This document shows, in pieces, positions 26,301 to 37,276 of a stretch of 64,000 nucleotides of DNA (positions are counted from its first letter, which is position 1; each line of letters opens with the position of its first letter). The position numbers were made by a program, and so were the translations under genes. Source of the stretch: Raillietiella orientalis (Eukaryota). The notes under the pieces were generated by a model that was not told where the DNA came from, searched no databases, and saw nothing but the letters and a program-made list of their open reading frames with translations. The stretch covers positions 2,170,001-2,234,000 of the forward strand of contig JAYWIR010000001.1 of the NCBI GenBank assembly GCA_036172245.1, given 5' to 3'.

Positions 26301-26480
26301 GGACACGCAGTTTGCTTCGCGGTTGGGCACTGTACCCGGATGCAACAGGAAACGGGAGAGAATTCCCGCCTCGAATAATTCCGGGGGAAAGGTTGCCCGC
26401 AGAGTTGCATGTGGCCAAGGGCGACTCACAGATTGAGACTCCAGCGAAGGTTACCGCGACGACCAGCTTACCCTTCGGAA
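23400..26480 (-). mobile_element. Stack of heavily decayed LINE ORF1-like remnants
   Basis: PAERIEVARVP and RFGH at ~24.4-24.6 kb (cf. LPDRLEVRGEP + knuckle). MGDAIVRVEI and TFDRHLLVQKLASF at ~26.1-26.3 kb (cf. MDDAIVHLKF, TLDRVLVGALSAF). ALVRVSHL at ~23.6 kb. Individual boundaries unresolved. Confidence 0.45.
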
Positions 26481-26949
26481 GCTTCCGATGTCCTGTGAGC
26501 TGACCAGAAAAATCTGTCGAAGGCGTCCAGGCGTCCTGTCTAGGAGCATTTCAGACCCCACCCGGCGAAGGGATACGACGAATTTCGCGCTGGGAGGTCA
26601 GCTGAGTTTTCTCGCGCGGGCTGCACGATGCGCGGAACTGCGCCGCAGCAGAGACACGCGCGCGTAGGTGGCATCCGGAAGACAAACCGCGCGCGTCACG
26701 GTTTCCGCTGCTCCTGCCGAATTTCAAAGGCACATGATGGGCGAGGCCATCCTCCTACCAACGGAAATTCTGAGGGTGTTCGGTGGCGCCATCAACGGTC
26801 GTTCGCTTCACCGGCAGTCCAGAATGTAGGGGAGTCCTCCCGTCGACCTGTCCCCGCACGCCGCCGTGAAGAAGATGCCGAAGAGAAGCAGCCTTCCGAA
26901 AGTTAAACCGTTTGTTCAAGAAAGGCGCCCTTCTTTAGCCCGTCATGGG

Positions 26950-27350
26950 TAAAGGAGCGCTGCAGCAAGGCTGAAGCGGGGTATCCTGTGGTCGACGGAA
27001 AGTCGAAGAAAGTGGCCATCACAAGTCCTCCAAGGCACTGCAGTCCATCTGGAGATGAGGGAGCGATCCCATCTGTCTCGCACCTAAGACAGTTCGAGGA
27101 GGTAGTTTCCTCGGAAATCAGGTGTCTGCGCTAGGTGCACTGCTGTTCCCAGTCGCCTGCTCACGCCCCGCGTCATTTTGATGTCCGCGTGGATGTCAGA
27201 GTCTGGCACAGGTTGGCAGAATGCTCGATCTTCAGCACGTCTTCGTCTCTGCACCAAAGGTGGCTCTGGCGATGCGCGACGCTGGGGACCCAGCAGGTGT
27301 CCGTGGATATGCGCCGCTGCAGGATCGCAGCTCGCACCTAGGCTCCAGCG
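26950..27350 (-). mobile_element. Decayed ORF2 CCHC tail
   Basis: With a frameshift reads WEQQCT*RRHLISEETTSSNCLRCET..PHLQMDCSALEDL*, parallel to HWGFHCNQRA...SPNCxRC..HL..DC. Confidence 0.65.
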
Positions 27351-28099
27351 CACAGTCCAGGAGCTCCGCGCGGATGATCCCCGGAGCTCGGTGCTCTTTG
27401 ATCAGCAGGGTCATTCTGTAGAGGTGCTTTTTGGTTCGTAGGGCCAGTCCGTCGACGAAACGCCTGCGGCGCCTCCGTTCCGTGGATTCGTCCGGATCTA
27501 ACGCCTCAGCTGATGCGCGAAACAAGGAATAAATGCGCGCATGCGTTCCCCAGGGTGACGTCATGGGTCGGCAGAACGGGTTGAAGCAACGGACAGCGCG
27601 CTCTTCCTGGAGGAGAAAGGCGAAATTCCTCCGTGGTATGCTTGTACGAAGAGGTCGCATAGGTGACTCGGGAAGACTAAGGATTCCCGCTTTCGGTTAG
27701 TGGTGATGCGGCGCGCATCGAGACGCACCACTAGCGGAAGGGGAGAGGAATGCTCCAGGGATTCGCCCTGGATGGTGAGGAACGGACTATGACCCTCTCC
27801 GATCTACCCCTTTGCCGCACATCGATCCGCCCAGGGGACGTCTCTTTCTGCGTGAGGAGTTAGAGGGATTTGAGATTTGGGCATCTACTGGCTTCGACTG
27901 GAAGGGATGTCCGGGAGTGCTCCCGTGGCCTTCGAACGTGGGAGACTCAGGTTCTCGGCGGGAGCGCAGCCGCCGCTGATCGATCAGCAGTGGGTCCCGG
28001 AATCAACAGCGATTGCCGTCGGGATACTGGAGTGGTGAGCGACGGTTCCTGAGGCAACCAGATGCGGGAGCGGCTGCGGTTTGATCTCAAGCGACCGTC

Positions 28100-28950
28100 C
28101 TGCTGTCAGCGGTTTACACCGCGCCGGCGACAGTCTTGCGCGCGGCCGATGAAGGCGCGGTCTCTCCCTCTGGGAGCATTCCTGTTCGGCCGGTCTCGTC
28201 GGTGGGCTGCTTGCCAAGGCGACCGCAAAGGCAGCAGGCGCGAAATCTGCCACCTTCCCCCGGGGAGGCCCCATTCCCAGGGTCCTGAGTTCGCGAGGAG
28301 ATCCTTCGCAGGGTCTCGCGGAAGAGGTCGATCCGCAGATAGCGCGCGAGGACTTTCGGCGTCCCCTGCCCACTCACAGCGCCGAAAAGCACCACTCCCT
28401 GGTGTTCCCGAAGGGTATCCTTCGTTTCCTGGAGTTCCAAGGACGGAATCGCTTCCCTTGCTCGCAAAGCTATGCCGGGAAGCTGAGGAGAGTAAGGTCG
28501 GGGTGTCTCCGGGCAACCAAGACGTCACGTTGATAAGGCAGACCTCCGAGACGAGAGGATACCCAGCACGTGGAGCTCGGCCTGGGTCGCTGAAGGGCAC
28601 AGTGCCGTTTCCACCCATCCTCTTTCGCAGCTCGTCTTCGGGAGAATACGGAAGGAGGTGTCCGCGTCCGCAGGATGGCTTCCGGGAGGTTACGCCGACG
28701 CGGCGAGTATCTTCTTGACGGGTGTCTTCTTCTTCACCGTGGCGGGTGCCACGGAGGCCACGGAGCGCGCGAAGAGGGGAGACCTTGAGGGGGCCGTGAA
28801 GCGCGGAGTGTGCAGGTGGCAGCCGCGTAGGGGGTCGTCTCCGCGGCAACGAACGAGCGAGTGAGCATCGGACCGGCGCCTTCTGCGGCCAAGCGCGGAG
28901 CCCGTCTCCCATGGGAACGGGACCGGCGTCTGCGTGCACCGGAACCTCGG
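28100..28950 (-). mobile_element. Decayed LINE ORF1 remnant
   Basis: EVCLINVTSWLP (VxLxNVPxxLP-like) followed downstream by FRACCLCGRLGKQ (degenerate knuckle). Confidence 0.5.
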
Positions 28951-29399
28951 GAAAGGAGGGTTTCTCAGGAAACGGACCTGCAGGGGCTGGCTGGTGGCTC
29001 GCCGACGCCTCTGAACGCGAAGAGCGGAGGTCGGAAAAGGACAGAAAAGAAAAGAAAGTGCGCGTCTCCTGCGGAGTGTGTCACTCCCCCGTGCACCCTT
29101 TAGGGACTTCCCTCTGTTCCCCGCAAACGCTTCCTGCCTGGGCTACCGACCCGACCGCCGATCTTGCCAGTTGAGTCGGTGATGCGCGTCTGAACCAGCT
29201 TCTCCCGCTTCTGAACCGGTGCGGACTGCACTTTCGGTCGCAAGAAAGAGGTGGGGCTTCCCGGGCAACTCGGGCGGGCCCAGAGCGAGTCCTGCAGGGT
29301 CGGCGTTGCCCATCCGCGCGGTGCGAGGCTGAGGAAGTCACGGGACGGTCGGACCGCTAGCGAGGAGCGCGCACCCGCAGGTCGGTGTCCCCCGCCAAG

Positions 29400-30523
29400 A
29401 AAGGGATTGCAGCGAAGCCTCCCTCACAACCGTCGGCGGTTGGTGGGGGCATTTCTTCTGGCCGCCGTCCGTTGCTATCCGTTGCAATGATGGAGAGACG
29501 ACAGTGCTCGTATCTGGAGGGGGAAACTCGAAGCTTTCTTGGCGTCTGCAGCAGTGCTGACGGTTTGGTGGCGAGGACGAGACCCGTCGCGGAAGAAGGA
29601 TACGCCGCATCTGCAAGGAACGATTTTTCAGGTGATTTTTTAGAACGATTTTTATTCCCGAACAGAAAAGCGTCGTCATCGGGAGCCGTCCTCATCCTTC
29701 AGCAACGGCGTCGTTTCGTCATCGCAAGACCAGAGTGGGAACCGCCTTTTCGAATCGAGGAGGGAGACCCTGGCAACACCGCCACTGTGGAGTGACCCAC
29801 CTTCCTACCCGAGTCTGTGAACGCCGTCCGAGAGAGGAATCATCTGGAAGGAAAGATATTAATCAAATAGACGCCTGAAGGGGGGAGGAAACGGTTGAAG
29901 TTCGCCGAACCGAAGAGAGAGGGTGCTGCGCTCTTGCCGGCTGAACGGCTGGATAGCGCCCGCTGCCCCGAGAGCTGTCCGTGATACGAGGAGGGTCATT
30001 AGCTGAAGGGAGGACTTACCTCGTCTGTGGGTGAGAAGGCACCTGCCGTCTGCAAAGAGCGGGCGTCTCAACAAATCATCTCTGGTAGCAGCTCTTGCCT
30101 TTCGGAGAACGTCGTTCTGCCAGGTCCGCGAAGAAGGAATGTGGCGGGACGTGGTAACTGAGGAAACCGTTCCTCGTGCTCCGCGAGTCGGGAATGATGA
30201 AACACTCCGCGGGGCGAACGGGCAAGAAGTGGCATTTCGGACGAGTCCTTTGAAACACCGTTGTCCAGTGAAGCTCCACGCGTTGCTGTGGAGGAGATCC
30301 AGAGAGCGATGGGCCGGCGTGTCTGATGACCCAGACCCGCAGCAAGTTGAACACACTCAGCGCAGAAGATGAAACAGAAGACGGTGACCACTTTTGCGCT
30401 TTCCCAGGACGCCTGGGACTCTGGTGACAGGTGTTTCAGACCTCCGCGACCAGCCAGCAACCTCCACGGCGCACCAGGACGATCGCGCCGATGGCGTTCA
30501 GTGCATACCTATGGCGCGATGAC
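29400..30523 (+). mobile_element. Possible decayed ORF1 remnant of a related element
   Basis: Degenerate knuckle SCP*YEEGH near 29975. 30405-30505 is homologous in inverted orientation to 31191-31290, and the TTFALSQ segment recurs at ~35120. Confidence 0.35.
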
Positions 30524-31075
30524 GAAACTTCCGCAGGTGCCACCGTCCTCTCTCTTCTGTATCGCGGCTGTCATGGCGACCGAGAGCGCTTCAGACGAGA
30601 TCCCGCATCTCTTCGTGGAATGCAGCAGCACTCGGCATTCCTCCGTGAGACGGTGAGCCAACACTGGCGCGCATTAGCATCATCGCTCGGGATACACCTG
30701 AAGGAGAGCGGCGGCCGTTCGAACGGAGTGGCGGTGCAATGGAAGGGCAGCCAAAGTGGCCGTAGGCGAGGGTGAATCTTCGTGGAGCCACCTGCACCAC
30801 CCGGCTCCCCGCTTTCGGTCTTCCGCCGGGTCACGCATCGGCAACAACGGAAAGGCGCAAGTTTCTAGTGGAGGAAAGGCGCGGCCACGCCCCAGGGTGT
30901 GCACCCGCTCGTTCTTCTCCACCGATGAGCCAGACAATGCTCCCTCTTGCCGGAGGAGGCGCAACGGGACGCCGGTGGGCTCCTAGGCGACGCTCCTGGC
31001 GGTTCGCGCCGGTCAGTTTGAACTGATTTAATTCGAGCGGTTCCAAGCGTGGTTGCCCCGCAATCGGATCGGGAG
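30524..31075 (+). repeat. 552-bp direct repeat, copy 1
   Basis: Ungapped match to 35140-35691 at constant offset 4616, about 11 substitutions by eye. Contains EIPHLFVEC...WRALASSLG (CCHC-tail-like). Confidence 0.95.
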
Positions 31076-32951
31076 CAAGCAGATCACTCTGTCCTGACAG
31101 TTTGCGATCGAGTAAGAGGGAGGTTACTGTTCCCTGGAAACCGTTCAAGAGGCTGCGAAGGGGCGAGGGTGTCACTCTGCCCCGCAGGGATGCACTGAAC
31201 GCCACCGGCGCCATCGTCCTGGTGCGCCATGGCGGTCGCTGGCTGGCCGCAGAGGTCTGGGACAGCTATCCCAGGGTTCCAGGCGTCCTGATGCACCATC
31301 TCTAGACGTACTCCCGGTATGTTGGAAATGGGGAGCTATGTGAATGATGACATCGACCGAGGTTTCGCTCGAGTTCCCTGAACGTTGGTGTCCACGTGGA
31401 TGTCCATGTCTGGAGGAGCGAAAGGAACCCAGACAAGTGGGCAAGAGTCGCTCTCAAGGGCTGCAGAGCAGCCCTTCCCACCGGTACGCAATTGCAGTAG
31501 CAAAGCGTTTCCTCGCCGCAAAGAGGCACTCGATGAGCCGATTCGCGGATGATGGACTTCGCGACTTTCGGAACTCCAGCGACTGGCTGCCCCTGTGTAT
31601 GCTGTGGTTCTGTCAAAGGCGACTCTTCGAGTCATTCTTCTGGGAAGTTTTCATCAAGAACACCTTGAGGGTTTGCATCTTTCAGGACGCAGATCTGTAG
31701 CTCATTCCTCGAATACGAAAACACACCTCAGTGCTGATGAGACGATGTTTCTTTCTCAGACGACGATGTTTCTTTCTAAGAAGCTCTGGTAAAATCTCCA
31801 CGTTAAATTGGCCTGAGCTTTCCCGCAAGCCTTTAGATTTTCGGTCATCTATTTCTGATTTACGTGGGCAAATCAGAGCTTCCTTACTCTCTGCATCCAC
31901 AAGGGCTCTTATCTGCCGCTCTATTTGGGGACCATAGTGCAGACGCTCTGAAAGTGCATTTGCTTTCGGTATACACGACTTCACCGCATTGTGCCCAGCA
32001 TCGTGCCCGGACACAGCAGCAACTTTTGCCGAAGATCGATCCGAAGCTGCACGGATGCTTCTGTGGTTGCAGTCTCCGTACAGACTCCGAGAACTGGTGT
32101 TACCAGCAGCCCTGATCTATAAGACACCGTCGGAAGGAGCACCACAGCTATTTGGGGTTGCTGCGTGTGTGCTCCTGAATAGAAGGCTGTTGTGCGTGCT
32201 TTGCTGCTGGCTTGCGCGTCCTCGGTGCGGTTGCTACGCGAGTTTCCTATTTTTCAGCTGGCTCCTGAGAGATTCACAGAAGGTTGATTGGTGCTACCAC
32301 TGGTGCAGTACAGGAAGCGTTTACCAGTTCCTACAGGATCCCCTGCTTCCAGCAAAGAATCCATTCAGCAATCTGCTCTTATTGATTCTCCCATTCGAAA
32401 ATATTTGGTCCATTATCGCGCGCCTCGTTTTCTGATTCAGTCGTCTCAAAGGATGGATTTACACAGCTTCAGTGGGAAAGCTCTGAAGAGGGCCATCGTC
32501 ATGACAGCGGGAGCAAATTCATTTTTATTTCCTCATAGTCAGCTACTGAATCGTAATCATCTTTCACCAGTGCTCTTCTTTCTGACAAGCCTCATGCCTC
32601 ACTGGACTCTTATATTTTATATTAAGTTGCCTTTCGCGAGGTTGTGGCTCCTCTCTGTGTGGAAGATACAGCGTGTGTTCCATTTTGGTGCTGTTTCAGA
32701 ATTCACCCTTTTGTTGCGTTGGAAACATACGGATGATGGCAACCACATCGCACCCTACTGACTGTTGATACATTCATATAATAATGTTTCGACTTTTCTC
32801 TTAACAACTGTGTGTCTGTGTGCTCCACGTGTGTTGTTTTGACTTCAGATAGCTCCATGATGGCGGAATTGTGATTTGCCTTTCGAATTTGGTGCGTGGA
32901 TGCCGGCCATCACCTTCGCTTATCCGTTTCTTGTTTCCACATGTCTTTCAC

Positions 32952-32969
32952 GTGTGTGTGTGTGTGTGT
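32952..32969. repeat. (GT)n microsatellite
   Basis: About nine GT units read directly. Confidence 0.9.
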
Positions 32970-35139
32970 TTTTCATGTAGTTCTTGAACCGATACTTTGT
33001 CCATTGGAACATCATGCAAGAATAACTGCTTTCCAGTGGATTATGGCTTGGAAGCATCGGGGGCGAACTATCGATTTTCCACGGTGACTGTGGTTCCATC
33101 ATGGGGAATTGATGTGCGCATCCAGAAAATTTTCCTGTTTAGGAACCCATCGCTTGCCGGCAAACGGTCGTGAGAGTTTTTAGCTCCCAGGGTCTCCTGA
33201 GTGAAAGGAAAAATTTCACAACGAGTACCCACGCATATTTGAAGCGGTAACGAAAATTCCTTTCCATCCGAAAATTCAACGGAAGGAATTCAGAATTGAT
33301 TTCTATCTAGAATTTTCCTATGCAGGAAATTCCGGATGCTCTCTTAAACTCTGCTAAAAAGAAGATTCTCATCTGCTTTCATCCTCCTGAAACCTCAGAT
33401 TAGTGCATGATCGTGATAGGAGATCTTCATGAAGCTTAACATGAGTGGTCCAACTGCCGCTTGGATGTACAAGGGATAGTTTTTCGATCTACGGATGGAA
33501 ACCAATTCCAGGTTTGGAACGGAGTCTGCATCCTTGATCAAAATTAGTAAAAGGAAAAAAATGATGTATGGAAGAATGGTGTGTATAACTTTTATTCTAA
33601 GGATTAGATATCCTCTCTTGGAAATTACATCCAGCTTCTGGTATGTTGGTTGAAAGGATACCGTGTGATGACGTAACGAATTTGTTTGAGGGCACGTTTA
33701 TGCAAAATAAACATAAACAGCGAGAACCGGACGCCCATCGCCTATAAATATATCATCACTCTTGTTGTACCAATGATGCACAGCCAACCCTTTAGTTACA
33801 GGTGCTTTTATCTGGGAGAGTTGTTCGTTCTTTTAGGTGTTGAAAGCTGCTAATAACGCCAAAGTGGGATCAACATCATCTCGAAATAAGAGACGCGGAC
33901 TCCTGAGTGTCAGTCCAACTTGTCAGAACACAAGCCAGTGCGTGGAGTGTTCACGTGCGCTTACACTTTGCCCTACAACCCGATCAGCTACAGAGCGTAG
34001 CCAAGCGATGCAACCCTTTGCTGACTCGAACTGTTTCTCGTCCAATTTGAGCAGAAGAACACATCGGTCTTGAAGACCCTGCGTGATGGGTTCAAACTGC
34101 ACATGAGTCTGACCAAAGCATCTCTCGCTTCTCGTTTAGATGACCTTTCTCAAGATTTCGCGACAGTCCTCAAGGTCAACAGCTTGCGTTTGCGATTTCT
34201 CAGTGCTGGAAGCTGAAAGCGCAGGAGCTTATCAACCGGAATTTTACCAACTCGGAAATGAATTCGTGGATCGTTCACTGACCGGGTCCGACGCTTGGCC
34301 GCTAGGCGAGCGCAGTTCGTGGAACACAGGAGGGTGGGCAGCGCCAACGAATTCGGGAGACCAGAGAGACACCGCAGAATCACTGGAACCTCGCCGAATA
34401 CTCCGGTACGAGGGCCACTGAACTTTGCAGTTGGAAGTTTTTCCGGGAGTTTCGACATCTTTCATAGCAGACATAGAAAAAAGGAAGGAGAAGGAGAAGG
34501 AGAAAAAGCTCATTTGAGGCAGCAGCATCCACCGATGGAACTTGCAACAATCTTCCTCATTAAGTTTTCTAGACTTCCGAAACAATTTCCCATCCACAAC
34601 TTCCTGTGTATATTCGAAGTTCCAGGAGGTGAACTTAATAAATCAGTATTTTCCAGTAAACTGCGTCTTCCCAGCGGCTTCCTTTGATGGCCGACTGCTT
34701 TACTGGAGGGACCTCGGGGAAATTGATTTTTTCATTCTATTACTTTGAGTAATCCTTCCGAGGAGTTCGTTCTTGAATAGGTAAAGCTGCGATCCATTCC
34801 GTTTCCATTCTGACAGTCTTTTAATAGGGGAGTACTTATGGCCTGATGCCGCTCGCCTATGCCGCCATCCGTCCTGCCGGATGCCTTCGACCTTCGAGTA
34901 GTTCCTTGCCGACAAGCAGAGGCGGGCGGTCAACCTTCGTTTCGAGGTGCGGACGCATCCTGGGAGAGTCAACCGCCCCTCTACAGCATTCTACGGAGAA
35001 ATGCGCCTCCGATGGGCACAGGAAGCGCATTGGGTAGCGCGCCAGTTGCTGCTCTTACCACTGAGGGGAAGGGGGGCATGGACCCGTGCAGGAGAAGATG
35101 CTCTACGCAATCGGAGCGACTACTTTTGCGCTTTCCCAG

Positions 35140-35691
35140 GAAACTTCCGCAGGTGCCACCGTCCTCTTTCTTCTGCATCGCGGCTGTCATGGCGACCGAG
35201 AGCGCTTCAGACGAGATCCCGCATCTCTTCGTGGAATGTAGCAGCACTCGGCATTCCTCCGTGAGACGGTGAGACAACACTGGCGCGCATTAGCATCATC
35301 GCTCGGGATACACCTGAAGGAGAGCGGCGGCCGTTCGAACGGAGTGGCAGTGCAATGGAAGGACAGCCAAAGTGGCCGTAGGCAAGGGTGAATCTTCGCG
35401 GAGCCACCTGTACCACCCGGCTCCCCGCTTTCGGTCTTCCGCCGGGTCACGCATCGGCACCAACGGAAAGGCGCAAGTTTCTAGTGGAGGAAAGGCGCGG
35501 CCACGCCCCAGGGTGTGCACCCGCTCGTTCTTCTCCACCGATGAGCCAGACAATGCTCCCTCTTGCCGGAGGAGGCGCAACGGGACGCCGGTGGGCTCCT
35601 AGGCGACGCTCCTGGCGGTTCGCGCCGGTCAGTTTGAACTGATTTAATTCGAGCGGTTCCAAGCGTGGTTGCCCCGCAACCGGATCGGGAG
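35140..35691 (+). repeat. 552-bp direct repeat, copy 2
   Basis: See copy 1. Near-identical ORF sets in the track (e.g. 30756-30986 vs 35372-35602). Confidence 0.95.
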
Positions 35692-36919
35692 GAAGTTGGC
35701 ACCGCTGGGGGCGTGGGTCCGCAGCAGTGAAGTGAGACACTGCGCTTCCCATCATTCTGCAGATGCTGGACACCTTTTCACCGGGCTGGGCAGGAATCCA
35801 TTCCGAGTGTCGAACTGGGAGAAAAAGCGCCAAAGGCGGACTGGTGGCTCCTGCCGTTCCGTGGGCGCGGAAGGCGCGTCCGAGAAGTCAGGAGGGCGTT
35901 CTCTAGTGGGACCACATCGCTCTTCCTTGAGTTCTGATCAGGACGAAGGGACGTGGGTGACTCGAGAGAAACGTCGCTTTGGATACAGGAACGTCCGGGA
36001 CGCCTTCATGTCCGGTTCCTGAACTGAAGACAGGAACACTTGCGGGCATTTCTCTGAGGGGAGTCCACAAGTGGCCATCGGCGCTCTGTATCTTTGCGGT
36101 GGCACCATTTCGCCGGCAGAGAAAGGGATGGCACATGCCCCAGCAGGAACCAAGAGGAGCTTTGCCGGAATTTCGGAAAGTTGCCTGAAGGCGATCGAAC
36201 TTCCACCGGACGCCGTGCTCCAGGGTGACATGGGGAAGGGGGGAGCAGCCACAGTGGACGTCACCCGGCCCTACGGAAGAGGCAAGGGGGAACCGGGACA
36301 GGAAGGGCTTCGGGAAGGGAACGCCTCCTCCAGCGCACGCTGCTCCACGGACACGCACCGGAAGCGCAGCATGGACCACCGACCTAGATGGTCCAGAATC
36401 TCCCCATCTCTGCTCGCAGCACTCGAGCGAATGAGGTGTGGAAGGACGGATGCGTCCATCAGCGCCCCTTTTTCTCCATGACTTTTTTCCTTCCTCTCTC
36501 CTGTCCTTCCGTGCGCGAACCTCCGCCAGCAAGCTAGCAGCAAATCCTCCTATGCTTGTTACCTATGCGGCGGGATCTCATTCAATCCCCCTCCCCTTCC
36601 CCCCGCGAAGGGATGACCTTGACCGCGTGCTGACCGCTTTCTTCCCTGCGAGTCCAGGCGAAAAACTCCCGACGGACGGAGTCGGCGTGCTGGCGAAAAG
36701 GAGGTGATGGGGTTGAGGTCTCCAGAGTTTCCCCCGAGGCCGTCTCGCGTGTCGAATCGAAGAGTGGCGACCGTTCAGGAAGATGCCGGTCACTGCATCA
36801 CGCCCTCTCGCGGAGGTGCAGGAAGACGAGCGGAGTGACCAGAATTATCCCCTGGCCCGACCTACGAAAGGAGCATTTGTCAAACAGCACTGAAATAAGA
36901 ATCACAACAGAATATTTTG

Positions 36920-37276
36920 CAGTGGTACCTCGGTACTCGTCGGTAATTCGTTCCGGAACTCTTGACGAGTGCCGAAACCCACGAGTACCAAACGAGTCCC
37001 TGTCTAATTCTCCTTGGTATCATTTTTAACCGTTTCAAACGGTTAAAAATGCACAGAAAGCACAAAAAAGGGGAACGATTCAGTAGGCACTCTATGGAAG
37101 TGTTCGTCACTTTCCGAGAGCTACCATGAGACGAAAGCGTTCACTCGTTTCATCATGAATGGGGCGTCGAGTTCCGAGCATACGCCGAGTGGTCGAGGCA
37201 TTTTTTTCTCATCAAAATGCAATGAGTACTGAGCTTGAAGAGTTTCAACACCGTCGACTACCGAGGTGTTTGACTG
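36920..37276 (+). mobile_element. Non-autonomous pogo/Tigger-like DNA transposon (MITE)
   Basis: Left end CAGTGGTACCTCGGTACTCG...AATTCGTTCCGGAA; right end CGACTACCGAGGTGTTTGACTG followed by TA (imperfect TIRs). Homologous to 46626-46966. Confidence 0.75.

Noticed and set aside
32100..32480. Alternative genetic code (stops read as Gln)
   Set aside because: All three stop types occur, and other frames in the window terminate normally. Decay or chance explains it.
30524..35691. LTR retrotransposon bounded by the 552-bp repeats
   Set aside because: No TG...CA termini, no obvious TSD, PBS or PPT, and no gag/pol motifs recognised between the repeats.
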